NCBI RefSeq assembly: GCF_006345805.1
Contig: NC_042999.1
Span: 122,822,001-122,886,000, forward strand
From: Octopus sinensis
Lineage: Eukaryota
Direction of reading: 5' to 3'
DNA length: 64,000 nt
A program made the position numbers and the translations under genes. Under the pieces are notes generated by a model that saw nothing but the letters and a program-made list of their open reading frames with translations, did no database searches and had not been told where the DNA came from. Below, piece after piece: positions 12,721 through 26,347 of this stretch (positions are counted from its first letter, which is position 1; the number at the start of each line of letters is the position of its first letter).

Positions 12721-13399
12721 GCTATTAGGTTACAAATAAAGTTGCAAGTTCAACATTATAGACTATAGTCTATGTGAGCAGCAGGGATGTTATTCCTGCA
12801 CATACTGATTAGGCTGCTGTAGCCAACAATAGGACAAATGAACTATTTTGTTGCTGCCACCAGAGGTACACCCCGTTAATGGACTTTAAATTTTTGACTG
12901 ATGACAGTCCAGGTATACCATGCAAGACCTAGCTGATCCACCAAGAAGGGCAAAGTATATGATGCCTGCTTCCCATTTAAAGTACAACCTGCCCGTGTTG
13001 GTCACATGATATCAAATGTAATCTAACACCATGGGAAAGGTTACTTCATGTAAAGAGGATGCTGTCAATAATATGTTCTTGGTACACTGAGTAATGAAAG
13101 AGAAAAAGCTGGTCAGGGCCAGGTAGGAATGTAGTTTTGTGGTGGGGATGGAGTTAAGAAGGGAGGAGTGAATGGGGGTGTATGTGTAGGTCTGTATATA
13201 TATATATCTATCTATCTGTCTGTCTGTCCATCCATCCGCCCGTCCGTATGGATGGATGAAAGAATGAATGCAAGCAAGTAAACACGTGAGATGAAGTACC
13301 GAAGGCTAATCTAAAAAATGCTGAACCTTACAAAGGAGATGACAGAGGGCTGAGATATGTGACACATTATTGTACTCAAGAAGACCTGCCCACCACAAC

Positions 13400-13705
13400 A
13401 GAATTGAGATCCTAAAACCAAAGTGCCATGTAAAAAGCATTGGTGTGGGTGTTGGTGCCATGTATGAAGCACTGGTGCTGGTGCCATATAAAAACACTGG
13501 TGATGGTTTCATGTAAAAAGCACCCAGCACACCTGTGGCGTGTTTGGCGTTAGGAAGGGCATCGAGCCATAGAATCCAAGCCACAACAGACTGTGGGGCC
13601 TGGTGCAGCCCCTGGCCTTGCCAATTCCTGTCAAGCCATCTAACACATGCCAGCATGGAAAACAGATGTTAAATGTTGATGATAATGGTGACGATGATGA
13701 TGATA
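13400..13705 (+). mobile_element. Family C retroposon, subfamily with an internal ~26-bp tandem repeat
   Basis: Repeated (aaaagcactggtg..ggtgccatgt) units, then ggcgttaggaagggcatc..gcatggaaaacagatgttaaatg and a (GAT)n tail. Confidence 0.75.
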
Positions 13706-16700
13706 TATAGATGTGTGTGCATGCGCACACACACACACACACACACACACAAGCGCATACACTTAGGAATTGCAATGGAAAATGTCAAGCAATATAATTT
13801 GTTAAAATTTGAAAAAAATAGTTTTGAAAATTCTTTATATTGGAATCTAATCAAATATATATTATATTCATTAACAATGCTGTGCTGAAAATATGGACAT
13901 CATTTATATTTTTTCTTATGTTATTTATTACCATATATATTCATATATAGAATGACAGTTATTTCTATATATTTGAGAGGGGTTTTTTTTGTAAAAGAAC
14001 AAAAACGGAAAAAAAAATAATAAAAAGGAAAAGATAGAAACATAAAGTTACCATGGTTTGATTTATTCTTTTCCTAGAATTCACCTTTCTAGATTCAGTG
14101 ATCTTTGATGAATTATAAACCTTGAACAGTAGTAGTAAATGTCAGATTACCTTGTAAGAAGAATACTTATTAACAGTCGTAACATTCTGTTGAAGATGCT
14201 CCATACAAAAATATTAATTACAAAAGAAGAAACATCATACATTGAAGAAGAAGTGTTTACTCTAAAAATTAAGTATTGGCTCTAATTATCTGTAATTTGG
14301 TTACTTTGCAATAAAAACAAATAGTAAATTATGGTTCTTGAATCCTATGGATGTGTCTAAGAATAGCAGAATATCAATATGCAGGTGAATCAGTAAATAA
14401 AAATTGAGTTCCCAACTAAGGATAACTATGATGATCTCCATGTATATCAAATTCAATCAATAAAGCACTGAAGTAACTATTTTTAACATTTTTGCTTTAG
14501 TGTATTGAATTCATAACTAATAATGTTTTTTTAATCCTGACATTTTTATTAAAGACATTTTAAATGTCTCTACTAAATTGATTATAATTAATTGCTTAGC
14601 ATATTTATTGCCAGAAATAATTAGCATTGATTATGTAATTTGCATTATCACTACTGAAGGAGTGTGCTGAAAATTAACAAGCTTCATTACTAACAATTTA
14701 AAAGTTTGTATATTGAGTGACACAGAAGACAAAATATTTAAAATATAACACTACTATATACAACTATATATACTATGTTTCCAGTAAAACTGATTGAATA
14801 TCAAATATGTTGAGTAACAGTTATAAGTGATATGAAAAATGTTCCAAAATGTTAGTATCTAAAATGTGTCTTAGAGATGATAAATGCTCAAAACAGCTAA
14901 ATATTCTTGTATTTATTTTTAAAAACACTTGTGCTATTGCATATAATTCCATATGTCAATATATTCTTTAAAACTTGCTAGGTAGTATGTAGTTCTTGTA
15001 TCCTTGATAGCAATTATTAAACAATTTCCTTTCCAATATAATATCTTGGGTTTAACTCCTTGGATTTGATTGTTGCATGAAATTTCATTTTGACATAAAC
15101 GCTTACAAGTGAAAAATTTTATACACCAAGAGATTTATTGTTACCTTACTGATTATATGTTTTGAAGAAGAAAAGAGCTGCATTTTTTATGCCAATCTAC
15201 TTGCTATGTGTGCAAGTCATGCATAGGAGAAATAACTTTTGATATGAACATCAGCTTCTAAATTGAATAAAGAGAATGCCAGCAACCAACTAGAAAATAA
15301 ATTATATATGGAATTCCAAGGTGCAGTGATATTTCTATAAAATATTTCAGTATACTATAATAGATTCTATAACATGGAGAGAAAAGCTGCTTTAAAATAA
15401 GCTTTATGTCTCTGACTGTAGGATTATCAATACTTGTGCTAGCATGACAATGGCTTTCTCGAACAATACTTGTAGTCCTTTTATATCCTTAGATTTCTTT
15501 CCTTTTGAGTTGTAGTTAGAATATATTTTGGTTCATTTAAGACCTGCGGTGGATATTCGGTTTAGAACTATGAAAAGCTGTGTGCCTACTAAATTCTTAT
15601 TTTGGGTTAAAACAGAGGAGCAATGCAATGATGCTTAACATACTTAGATATCATAAACAGCAGTCAATGTTTTTCTTTAGAACCCTTGAAACATTTAGTC
15701 ATTTAGTTTAATGTCTAAATATAGAATTGCTACATGTATAAATTGCCAATATATAAAGATGCATGCATAGTTGTATCAGCACATGTTCTCAGTTCCATAC
15801 ACACAGCATGAATGCTACACTTACCATTATTCCCATTTATAACTGCATACATTCAAACACAATTATTCAATATTATTCCACCCACTTCTTTATGATTGCA
15901 TACTTAACATCTTGCTGCTTTTTTTTTACATATTTTTTAATTATTTTTCTAAGGATAATCATTATTTCAATTTTACTTAAAGAATTTTTCTGTTTTCTGC
16001 AGTTTTTTTAATAATACTTACTCTACTTTTGCACTAAGAAATACCTCTGCTTTTCATTTCTGATTGTTTAATTAACTTCTGTAATATACCATTGTGGAGA
16101 GAAGTAACATTCCTTCTAGAGAAAAGAATTCCCTTAATACCATATTACCTCAGCATTGTGGTATTTGTATATACAATACTGAAGAGAATTCCTGATATAT
16201 AACAAAAACCAGAGACAACACTGCAGCCAAATAAAATCTTTTGGATGCCATTGAGAAATACTACACACTTTATCATTTTTATGATTCCTCCATTGTTTTC
16301 TAAATACAAAGTTAAACTAATAATTATATTTCTAATGGATTTTATAAATTTAGTTCTATATTTGCAATGTTATACTGCTTCATCAAACACATACACATAT
16401 CAAAACTAACATTCTTAAAAGAAAATGTCAGATAGATATCAAATTCATATTCTAATTTAAGAAAATTGATAAAAATTCTATGAAAAATGTTGGCTTCTAT
16501 TTTTGCTAATCATTTATTGATTCAATGTCATTTATTTTCTGATGTGAAAGATGCAAAAAAGGATATGTTACAGATTTCTTTTTAAACTGATATACATTTT
16601 CTCAATCCTGCATCATGTTATGTTATTTTCAAAACAAACATTCAGTGAACAGAAAAAATAAAAATTGCTATAAAGAAATATATAAAAAAATAATGGAATA

Positions 16701-16859
16701 AAATCTATTTTTATTTCTATATTTTACCAAGATAACTTCATTAATTCCAAAGACAATTTTTTATCAGCCCAGATAAAATATCAAAGTTATTCCATAATGA
16801 TTCCTACACTAGATGGTCATAAATTTTTGCTAGTTCATGTAAACCCATATTAATTATAC

Positions 16860-17182
16860 TGGCATTCTGTTGGTTATGACGAGGGTTCCATTTGATCCAA
16901 TCAACAGAACAGACTGCTTGTGAAATTAATGTGCAAATGACTGAGCATTCCACAAACATGTGTACCCTTAACATAGTTCTCAGGGAGATTCAGCATGACA
17001 CAGAGTATGACAAGGCTGGTCCTTTGAAATACAGGTACAACTCTTTTTTTGCCAGCTAAGTGGAATAGAGCTACATGAAATAAAATGTCTTGTTCAAAGA
17101 CACAACACACTGCTCGGAATCATACTCATGACCTTACAATTGTGAGCCGATTACCCTAACCACTAAGCCACACACCTTCATC
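16860..17182 (-). mobile_element. tRNA-derived SINE with CORE/Meta-like domain
   Basis: Minus-strand head ggtgtgtggcttagtggttagggtaatcggctcaca, followed by tgtgttgtgtctttgaacaagacattttatttca. Confidence 0.68.
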
Positions 17183-17783
17183 CCATGTTAATTAAACAGT
17201 AAATACATGAAATCCTAACTTCAATATTTTTCTCATTATATGTATAAAATAACTGAAGAATTCAAAATTTTATTTGTATGCTTAATTTATTTCAAAAGTA
17301 TAATTTTTAATACAAATGCTAAAGAGATTTATTTGTGCCTAAGAATTTGTAATTTTTAATGCTAAGATATAAAACAATGAAAATGTAAAATAATAATTGT
17401 AAGACAACCAATTTGATAAGAATAAAAGGAAAATAACTTCATGACTAGCATTAAGGAATTATACTATGAGCCTTGGTAGCTAGAAGTATTTAGCAATTTA
17501 TAAACAAGTCCATACAGTGTACACTTTTCTAAATATAATGAAATTTAAAGATGATTAATGCTAGCACTTGGAAGCTACATACTAGAGGGGCAATTAAGTT
17601 GTAATTAGTCATGTTTTACATAATTACATATTTGGTATTTCTTATATGTAATCATGTGAGCACATAAAGGTTTGGTTTCTGTACTCATATCCACATACAT
17701 AGGTAAAATACAACCCTCTGGCTTTCTTTAGCTCTCAAAATACAAGTAAGGTTAAAAGAAGGCACACACACACACACACACAC

Positions 17784-17830
<47 letters not shown>

Positions 17831-18454
17831 GCACATGCACGTATGTGTGTGTTTTACAGAAAATAAAGTAAATTTTGAATGCAGGATTGCTGTGAAAACA
17901 GCCTAACAAACTGGGTAAATCCCCCAAGAAGACAGAAAAAAGTTGCCAGAAGGTGGCTACAGAGAATCAAACCCTGTACCTCTCAGATACCAGCTGACTG
18001 CTGAGCACTTGGTATCATTAAGCTAAGCATCTTCTGTTCATAAAAAGCATTCTCATGTGTGTGTGATTGAATGCACTCAGCAAATGACAATCAATTCAGG
18101 TTTTTGTCTATTATTTTAATCACATTAAACTCTCTCTTGCACATTCACATGGGATCCTGTGCAGTCTGAAGTGGACTATAATATAATATAAGAGTACATC
18201 AATGATGAAAGACAAAAGAACATAGACTTGAACATGGTACTCCTTTACTTCATCCATTACATGTGTTTCAGTATTCAGTATATATTCAGTGCACCTTAGT
18301 CAAAACTTCACAAACATAAATGCATATCTGAGCATTTCATATGTTATTGTTTTAAGATTTTAGAACCATAGTGTTTGAATTATCAAACATGATTTAATGT
18401 CTGTGCAACTTTGAAAAATGTGGATCTCAGTCCTAAGCTTTTAATACATATATT

Positions 18455-18845
18455 TCATCTCCTGGTTCTGCCTCAAACGATGTTAGAATTCCCCATGATA
18501 TGATCTGCTTGATGCACTTTTAATCAAGTGTCAGAAGACATGACACTCACTGAACAAAAACTTTCATCATGCTAAGTTCATTGTGCAAAATACTCTCAAC
18601 TCTCTCACTGGATATGCTAAGAGCATTGGCTATTTGGTTTATAGTCAGTCACCTGTCATCCATAACATTTACAGGACATCCAAACATTGGGTCATCTTTA
18701 AAACTCTCCCTTGCCCTCCTAAATTCAGCTGCCCATTTTTGCACTGTTGATAAAGCTGGAGCATCATCCCTTAATGTAGCAACCATTAAATCTCCTTGGG
18801 GGCTAAGTCCTTTTTTCTGCAGGTACTGCAATGCCTAATCACCAC
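18455..18845 (-). mobile_element. Mariner (Tc1/mariner) transposase N-terminal fragment, degenerate
   Basis: Translation YLQKKGLSP..MVATLRDDAPALSTVQKWAAEFRRARESFKDDP..GCP then DRLTINQIANALSISSERVESILHNELSMMKV contains the mariner HTH and DDPRSGRP-like linker. Confidence 0.85.
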
Positions 18846-19429
18846 AATACCAGATGTTATCCATTTTCAAGAGAAGTCAATTTTGAAGTCTTTGAACAAT
18901 CAGATGTCAGTTTACCTGGAAAGAAACGATGTAGTTATTAATAAAAAGGGCTGAAATTAATGTATGCAATATTTCACAGCTCTAGTATCACTCCTTTACT
19001 AGTCAACACATGAACTATTGAGCTTATCCTTACAGTGAAGATCAATTTCAAGATTTTGAATCTCAATGAGATGACAAAAGATCAAGATGATTGGCAATAT
19101 TCTGTGCTCAAGAAGATCTGTTTACCCCAGTAGAAATGAAATCCTAAAATCATACAATTTATGTCTATGCCCCATTCTCTGCTTGATAAACTTTGCCACA
19201 CAACTCATCTTTCAAAAACCCATCCTCCTTTATCACTCTCCTAACAACAACACAACTCAGTTGCTGTAATTACATGACTTCCTTCTGTGCTATCAGTTAT
19301 TTCTCTCTTGGAATTTGTTCCTTTTGTTTCTTTTTCTACATTCTCAGTGCCATTGCCATGAAAAAAAAAAGAAACAACAGCCAGTATACTCTTTACCATG
19401 GTTGGCATTAAAGAAGACACCCAAAACTA

Positions 19430-19550
19430 GGAACCATACTAAAGCAGACATTGGAGCTCAATGCAGTCCTCTGGTTTGTCAGATCCTGTCAAATATCCAA
19501 TCCATGCCAACATGGAAGATAGATATTAAATGATAATGAAGATGATGATA
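19430..19550 (+). mobile_element. Short 3' fragment of family C retroposon
   Basis: atccaatccatgccaacatggaagatagatattaaatgataatgaagatgatg matches the 3' end and tail of the other copies. Confidence 0.55.
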
Positions 19551-19579
19551 TTTTATGCACACACATGCATGCACGCACA

Positions 19580-19626
<47 letters not shown>

Positions 19627-20369
19627 GAGAGACAAAAATGAAGGGTTATTTGTTTTACTATAGTTCCATCAATATTCATGTTCATTTCTTTACATGTATA
19701 GCTACATGCATGTATATGTTTGCGTGAGTCTGTGTATGTATGTATGTGCATGTGCTGAGATAAAGCTCTCTGATATTTAAATTTAGTTCAGTATTTCTAA
19801 TTCATAATGAGTTGTGCATAAAAAAAATATATTGTTTACTTAATAATTAGATGGCTAAAGTACAAATATGCAAATTTAGCTATTCACCATGATAACAACT
19901 CAATTACCAACTACTTTGTACAGCAGTTCAACATTCTATGTGATTGACTGGGGAAGGCAATTGGGTACATCTTCTCTTGGGAATGATCAACAAATCATGA
20001 AACAATCTGTCATGAGGCTCCACCCATCACTTTTTTCCTGCACATTGAAAGAATAGAAAGAAGATATTAACATTCTTACAGACTTTATTATCATAGCTGA
20101 GGTTTTCTTATGTGCACATACATATAAGTGTGATTATTTATATATATATATATATATATATTATGTGAAATAGAAAGATGAATAATCTTGTAGTAGATTA
20201 ATCAAAAGTTTAACCGATACCTTGGTAGCAAAAATCACAGCAGTAAACAGCATGGTTGGTACAACCATATGGTGTTGCAACCGTGTGTTGGTGCGGATAA
20301 TTGAAATTAAAATATTATTGGTGAATTGAAGAAATGGAGCTGAACCCAGATTGAACAGAAATCGTTTTA

Positions 20370-20458
20370 TTTCATTCTACACGTGTTTCGAAAGGCACAA
20401 TTTACCAAAATCTGATTGAATAATGGGACCATATTGTGTCTTTCTCTTCAGGAAGAAA
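20370..20458 (-). ncRNA. Type-I hammerhead ribozyme motif (left-arm copy)
   Basis: Reverse complement of 21092-21180. Core and stems are identical; one loop mismatch. Confidence 0.8.
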
Positions 20459-21091
20459 TAGGAAATCCGTTGGAAAAAACAAAAACAGAACAGAGGCGGA
20501 GCAAAACAAATCGAACTAGGCTCCTAAGAGCCCATGGCGAAACTGTTTATCAGTGTATGTTGAGAACCGGTGGCTGAAGAATTTAACGGGTCAGGCATCG
20601 GTCAATCATGTGGGTGAGGGTGTGTAGATGTTCTTTGTGACCGAGAATAAAGTTCTGACTATTTAAGGAATATTGGATGTTTTATAAGGGGCGAGAAAAA
20701 ATCTACTTAGAGACGTGTGTGTGTATACTGTTCTATATATGTGACAGCCGAACGATCAAACGCACACACGTACACAAAAAATGTTTTCTACCCCTATGCC
20801 AGCACACACATATATAGAACAGTATACACCCACACGTCTCTAAGTAGATTTTTTCTCGCCCCTTATAAAACATCCAATATTCCTTAAATAGTCAGAACTT
20901 TATTCTCGGTCACAAAGAACATCTACACACCCTCACCCACATGATTGACCGATGCCTGACCCGTTAAATTCTTCAGCCACCGGTTCTCAACATACACTGA
21001 TAAACAGTTTCGTCATGGGCTCTTAGGAGCCTAGTTCGATTTGTTTTGCTCCGCCTCTGTTCTGTTTTTGTTTTTTCCAACGGATTTCCTA

Positions 21092-21180
21092 TTTCTTCCT
21101 GAAGAGAAAGACACAATATGGTCCCATTATTCAATCGGATTTTGGTAAATTGTGCCTTTCGAAACACGTGTAGAATGAAA
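21092..21180 (+). ncRNA. Type-I hammerhead ribozyme motif (right-arm copy)
   Basis: Reads UUC-CUGAAGA(21099-21105)-GAAAG-A-CACAAU...AUUGUG-C-CUUUC-GAAA(21161-21164)-CACGUG-UA|GAA. The core is intact, stem II is extended, stem III is palindromic, and the triplet is GUA. Confidence 0.82.
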
Positions 21181-21229
21181 TAAAACGATTTCTGTTCAAT
21201 CTGTGTTCAGCTCCATTTCTTCAATTCAC

Positions 21230-21281
<52 letters not shown>

Positions 21282-21282
21282 A

Positions 21283-21314
<32 letters not shown>

Positions 21315-21360
21315 GTGTGTATGTATATTTATATATATGTATGAGGGTGTATATATACTT

Positions 21361-23012
21361 ATATCATCATCATCATTATCATCATCGTTGCTTAACATCT
21401 GCTTTCCATGCTGGCATGGGCTGGATGGTTTGACTGAGGGCTGGCAAGGCAGAAGACTGCACCAGACTCCAATCTGATCTGGCAAAGTTTCTACAGCTAG
21501 TTGCCTTTCATAATGCCAATCACTCCATGTGTGTAGTGGATGCTTTTTATGTGCCACCAGCATGAGGGCCACTCAGCCAGCACTGGCATTGACCATGCTC
21601 GAATGGTGCTTTTTATGCGGCACTGGCAACAATCACAGTTGAATAATGCTTTTTACATGCCACCGGCAAGGGTACCAATCAGGTAATACTTTCATCAGCC
21701 ACGACACGACTTCACTTGCCTCAACACGTCTTCACAAGTGCAGTTTATTGCCCAATGATTGAAGGGTACTCTTAAATGAGCTGGTTATGCTGCACTGGCA
21801 TAGGCCACTGTTATGGTCTCACTTGGCTTGCTGGGTTTTCTCAAGCACAGCATATCTCCAAAGGTCTCGGTCACTTGTCATCACCTCAGTGAGGCCCAAC
21901 TTTTGAAGGTTGTACTTTACCACCTCATCTCAGGTCTTCTTGGGTCTACCTCTTCCACAAGTTCCCTCTACTGCTAAGGTGTGATACTTTTTCACACAGT
22001 TGTCCTCATCCATACACACCACAAGACCATACCAACGCAGTTGTCTCTCTTGCACACCACATCTGATACTTGTTATGTCCAACTTTTCTCTCAGGGTGCT
22101 TACACTCTGACATGTATGTTCACTGACATTACACATCTAGCGGAGCATACTAGCTTCATTCCTTGCAAGCTTATGCATGTCCTCAGCAATCACGACCCAT
22201 GTTTCACTTCCATGTAGCATGGCTGTTGACACACATGCATCATACAGAATAAAGAATCAACACATGCATCATACAGTCTACTTGTTACTCTGAGCGAGAG
22301 GCCCTTTGTCACCAGCAGAGGTAGGAGTTCTCTGAACTTTGCCCAGGCTATTCTTATTCTAGCAGCTACACTCTTGGAGCATCCACCCCCACTACTGACC
22401 TGGTCTACCTAGGTAACAGAAGCTATCAAGTACTTGTAATTTTTCCCTTTGGAATCTGAGAGAAGCTGTTTACAGCACATTTTCAGTGCTTATTGCCCCT
22501 GAGCATTTGCCACACACAAAAACTATCTTCCCAGTTATCCCTCCTTTGATATTGCTGCACCTCTTATGTGTCCATAGCTTACACCAGGTACATCTTATGG
22601 AGTTTCTACTTACACCTTTCCTACAGATCAAGTAGGGCCATCTACCTGAAGGGATTTGTAGTTTGTCTGCCTTCCTACTTATTAAGACTTTGATTTTTGC
22701 TAGATTGACTCTAAATCCCTTTGATTCTAGACCTTGCTTCTACACCTGAAACTCCTCTAATTCAGATAGTGACTCAGCTATTAGAGCAAGGTCATCAGCA
22801 TAGAGAAGCTCCCAGGGGCACCCTGTCTTGAATTCCTCTGTTATTGCCTGGAGGATTATGATGAATAAGAGGGGGCTGAGGACTGATCATTGGTGGACCC
22901 CTACCCGGAATTCTTCACCATACTCATTGCCAATCCTCACTTTACTGTCAGCATCCCTGTACATGTTTTGTACAGCTCTCACTAACCACTCATCTATCCC
23001 TAGTTTCCGCAT
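21361..23012 (-). mobile_element. RTE-X LINE, 5'-truncated (RT through 3'UTR and tail), pseudogenised
   Basis: Translation MRKLGIDEWLVRAVQNMYRDADSKVRIG..GVHQ/GSVLSPLLF; LYADDL at 22791-22802; QLRWYG...VEGTCGRGRPKKT. The family C 3'UTR and (GAT)n tail follow. Confidence 0.9.
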
Positions 23013-23102
23013 TATATATACATACACACATGTATGTATGCACATATATATATATATATATATATATAAATATATGTGTATGTATGTATATGTGTGTGTG
23101 TA

Positions 23103-23415
23103 TATAAAGGTGCATGATTCAGTGGTCAGAGCACCAGGCTCACAATTATGAAATAGTGGGTTTGAATCCTGGACCAGGCTGTGTGTTGTGCTCTTCAGCA
23201 AGACACCCTATTTCACTTTTGCTCCTGTTCACTCAGCCATAGAAATGAGTTGTGACGTCACTGGTGCCAAACTGTATCAGCCTTTGCCTTTCCCTTGGAT
23301 AACATCATTGGCATGGAGAGCAGAGACTGGTATGCATGGGCGACTGCCAGTCTTCCATAAACAACCTTGCCCAGACTTGTGCCTTGGAAGAATTTTTTAG
23401 GTGCATTCCCATGGT
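23103..23415 (+). mobile_element. tRNA-derived SINE with CORE/Meta-like domain
   Basis: Head ggtgcatgattcagtggtcagagc..gggtttgaatcctgg, then tgtgttgtgctcttcagcaagacaccctatttcac. Confidence 0.68.
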
Positions 23416-24717
23416 CATCCACATTTAAAGGGGATCTTTATATATGTGTGTGTGTGTGTGTGTGTGTCTGTGTATATATATATATATATGTATACACTCA
23501 CACACATATATATAAATATTGTGTGTGTGTCTATATATATGTATATATATAGACACACACACACATACATACAGTGATTCATTATCTTCATTGTTGAAGT
23601 CTCCAATTCTTTTTCATGCATGCATATGTTCACTGGGTCTTCACTGTGGCACATTGCCATCATTTTCTATGCTCCAATATACTTAGCGCTGACCATCTCT
23701 GCTTCTCTGTCTTCTTTTCCTGTGCTAAGAGTACTTTCCATAGAGGAAGAGCAATTTTACGCATGACAAATGTCCTCTATTTGTATCACACAGCCACAGC
23801 AGCAAACTTAATGTGTTTAATGGTCAACTTTGTTGGTTTACTTCCACTTTACTTTTCATTTTTCAATTTTTGATAAGTGTGTGTAGATGCATGTCAATGC
23901 TTAAGCAAAATGTGTGTGTATGCAACTATGTACATTTGTGTATGTCAGCATATATTCGTATAAGTTTATATTATTTAGTTTTTTTAGTTTTATGATTAAA
24001 CTCGATCACTTTGATGAACAAATGATGATGTTCACATGCATTTTTCTTTGACTAGAATTGTTACATGTAAGCAAAATTAAAAACTAAAGATATTAGCTTT
24101 CTGAAACTGTTGAGAATAAATTAGAGAATAATAAATTAGTTACAAGTTGTCAAGACATGTTATTCTGATAAATTCTTAATAAGCAAATGCACAAAGAATA
24201 CCTCTCAGATAGTTTGGTATAGAACATTTGATTCAAACATGTGTTTCAGCCACATTAAATTAGGAATTTAATAAAAGTGTCATAAGAATTCATCATCCTT
24301 TCAATTTCTTTCTTACCTATATTCATTTTCTTGTGTTCATCTGGAAAAAATGTAAATAAGAACCATTCTGTAATTGAGTGCTGGAACAGTTTAGCAATAC
24401 TGAAATGAGAAATGTTTAGTCTGAACATTCATAGGCTGGTGTTTGAGAGTAAAGTATGAGAAAATAGGACAATTTATGTAGAATCATTTCTGAAGTTGAA
24501 GAATGAGGTAAAGAGGTTTGTGCAATATCTTAGGATTGGAGATAAGGCGAAAGAACAAGGAAAGAAAAATTAAATGCAGTGGGTGTGTTAGAACTGAAAA
24601 GTTTCTAAAACAGAGTCTGCTGTAGTAATTATAGACAGACAAGAAAGGACCCTGTGCAACTTAATCAATTCATCAAATAAGTTTAGATGATAAGAATCCG
24701 TTATATAACCTCTTCTT

Positions 24718-24885
24718 TGATATCATCATCATCATCATCGTCGTTTAATGTCTGCTTTCCATGCTGGCATGGGTTGGACAGTTTGACAGGAACTCACCAG
24801 GCAATAGCCTGCACCACACTTGTGTGTCTGTTTTGGCATGGTTTTTACAGATGGATGCCTTTCCTAACACCAGCCACCCATAATC
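24718..24885 (-). mobile_element. Family C retroposon 3' fragment
   Basis: (cat)n followed by cgtttaatgtctgctttccatgctggcatgggttggacagtttgacagg. Confidence 0.7.
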
Positions 24886-25029
24886 ATATGTGTAATAGAT
24901 GCACATCTCTCAGCTCATGTATACATTTTGTAAGGCATATTTACACTTCATAAAATATAAGCAACTGTTTAAGGTAGGAAGTATTTAATCAGTTGTATTG
25001 TTTAAAGGTGGTTTTTATTGTTGCTTAAC

Positions 25030-25235
25030 CTGGTCTGCTCTGACTAAGTAGCCCTAACATCAAAGTTATTACAGACATGACCATCCCAACTTTTTTCTGA
25101 AAACCCAGGACCACATTACCCAGCATGTTCCTCTTTGAAGATGAAAGGATGTACATAATATGCGGAAGATTTGGCTGTTGTTTCTAGCAAGTTGAGTGAC
25201 CATGTAGGCGTCTTTTTGTTGACTTGTTTCTAATG
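25030..25235. repeat. Unclassified dispersed repeat (related copies near 29755-29945, 39385-39535, 55210-55335, 56600-56795)
   Basis: Shared motifs: ccagccatgaccatc, ggaycacattayccaatgtg, gatttggctgytrtttctagca. Confidence 0.55.
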
Positions 25236-26134
25236 CTGATCATTATGGAAGGTCATCAGAAATTCCATTGTCTAACATTTATAAAGCAGGTTAAGGCTTT
25301 AGCTGTGTTGTACATTCATGGATAGAGAAAGCGCAGCTCTGTATATATCCTAAATATCAGCAATGTTTGTACTTTACTGTTTAGTGTTTTTGAATGTCCT
25401 TTTGCCAAATGCTCGCAAGCTCTCTAATCATAGCAGTTGTGCATACCTAGTTGAAACTGTCAAGTCTGTGTATGAATGAAAGAGAGGAGCAGGTGGGTGT
25501 CAACCACATGACAGTATTAGCTTGTTTGTGTACATATACATGTGTATGTGTGTTTGTGTGCATGTGCACACATATGTGTGTGTGTTCAGAAGATATATTT
25601 AAATGTTAATTAGTGTAAGGAGTCCTTATGACATTACAAATCATAATCATAAATACTAGTTTGAATGCAAGAATACATAATGTTCATATTGACCTTTTAT
25701 ACATCCTTTACATCTTAATGAACATTTAGTAATGAATTAGGAATATGAAGATTAAGAAATAGAATGCAAGTTATTGAAGCACTCTTTTATTAGAGATTCT
25801 ACTTTGATTGATTTTGATGTTAACTCTTCATCTCTTGTGTGACTGCATGGTTTCTATGTTAATAATTCTTGCCTTAATTTCTTTGTTTTATGTATATAGA
25901 AGTTGCTTTTGTTTATAAATCCAGTGTCTTAAAACCAGGTTCCTGCATATATCATGGAATGTCAGATTCTAGATTTATTGATTTTATGGCAAGAATACTA
26001 ACATAGGATCTATTCATTTTTACCAAAGAATGATTCTCAATCTCCTTTTCCTTGAATATGAAAGTACAAGACTAAAGATTCTTTTTAGAATTGTGATTTA
26101 AGGAGTTAATAAGCTCAATAACTTTTTCAGAATA

Positions 26135-26347
26135 TTGGTTTCCAATTATTGGCATGAAGTTAGCAATTTCAGAGGAGAGGGCAAGTCAATTACATTGACC
26201 CCAGTGCTCAGCTGGTATTTAATCAACCCTGAAAGGATGAATGGTAAAGTTGACCTCAGTGGAATTTGAACTCAGAAAGTAAAGATGGACGAAATGCAGC
26301 TAATCATTTTTCCCAGTGTGCTCATGATTCCGCCAGATCTCCACCTA
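26135..26347 (-). mobile_element. tRNA-derived SINE, family B
   Basis: Reverse complement of the 27034-27247 consensus (ctgagttcaaattc..actttgcctttcatcc..cactggggtc). Confidence 0.72.

Larger units (their letters stand above)
20312..21238. repeat. Large palindrome: two 432-bp inverted arms with a 63-bp spacer, PLE terminal-repeat derived
   Basis: 20312-20743 is the reverse complement of 20807-21238, with 4 mismatches seen by eye. (AT)n tracts lie at about 20140-20162 and 21235-21265. Confidence 0.95.

Noticed and set aside
20521-20555. Extra hammerhead-like motif (CCUAAGA-GCC-CAU-GGC-GAAA-CUG..CAG-UG)
   Set aside because: The core is not CUGANGA, the triplet would end in G, and there is no stem I.
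20973-21167. 64-aa ORF in the palindrome arm
   Set aside because: No recognisable domain. It overlaps non-coding terminal-repeat sequence antisense to the ribozyme.
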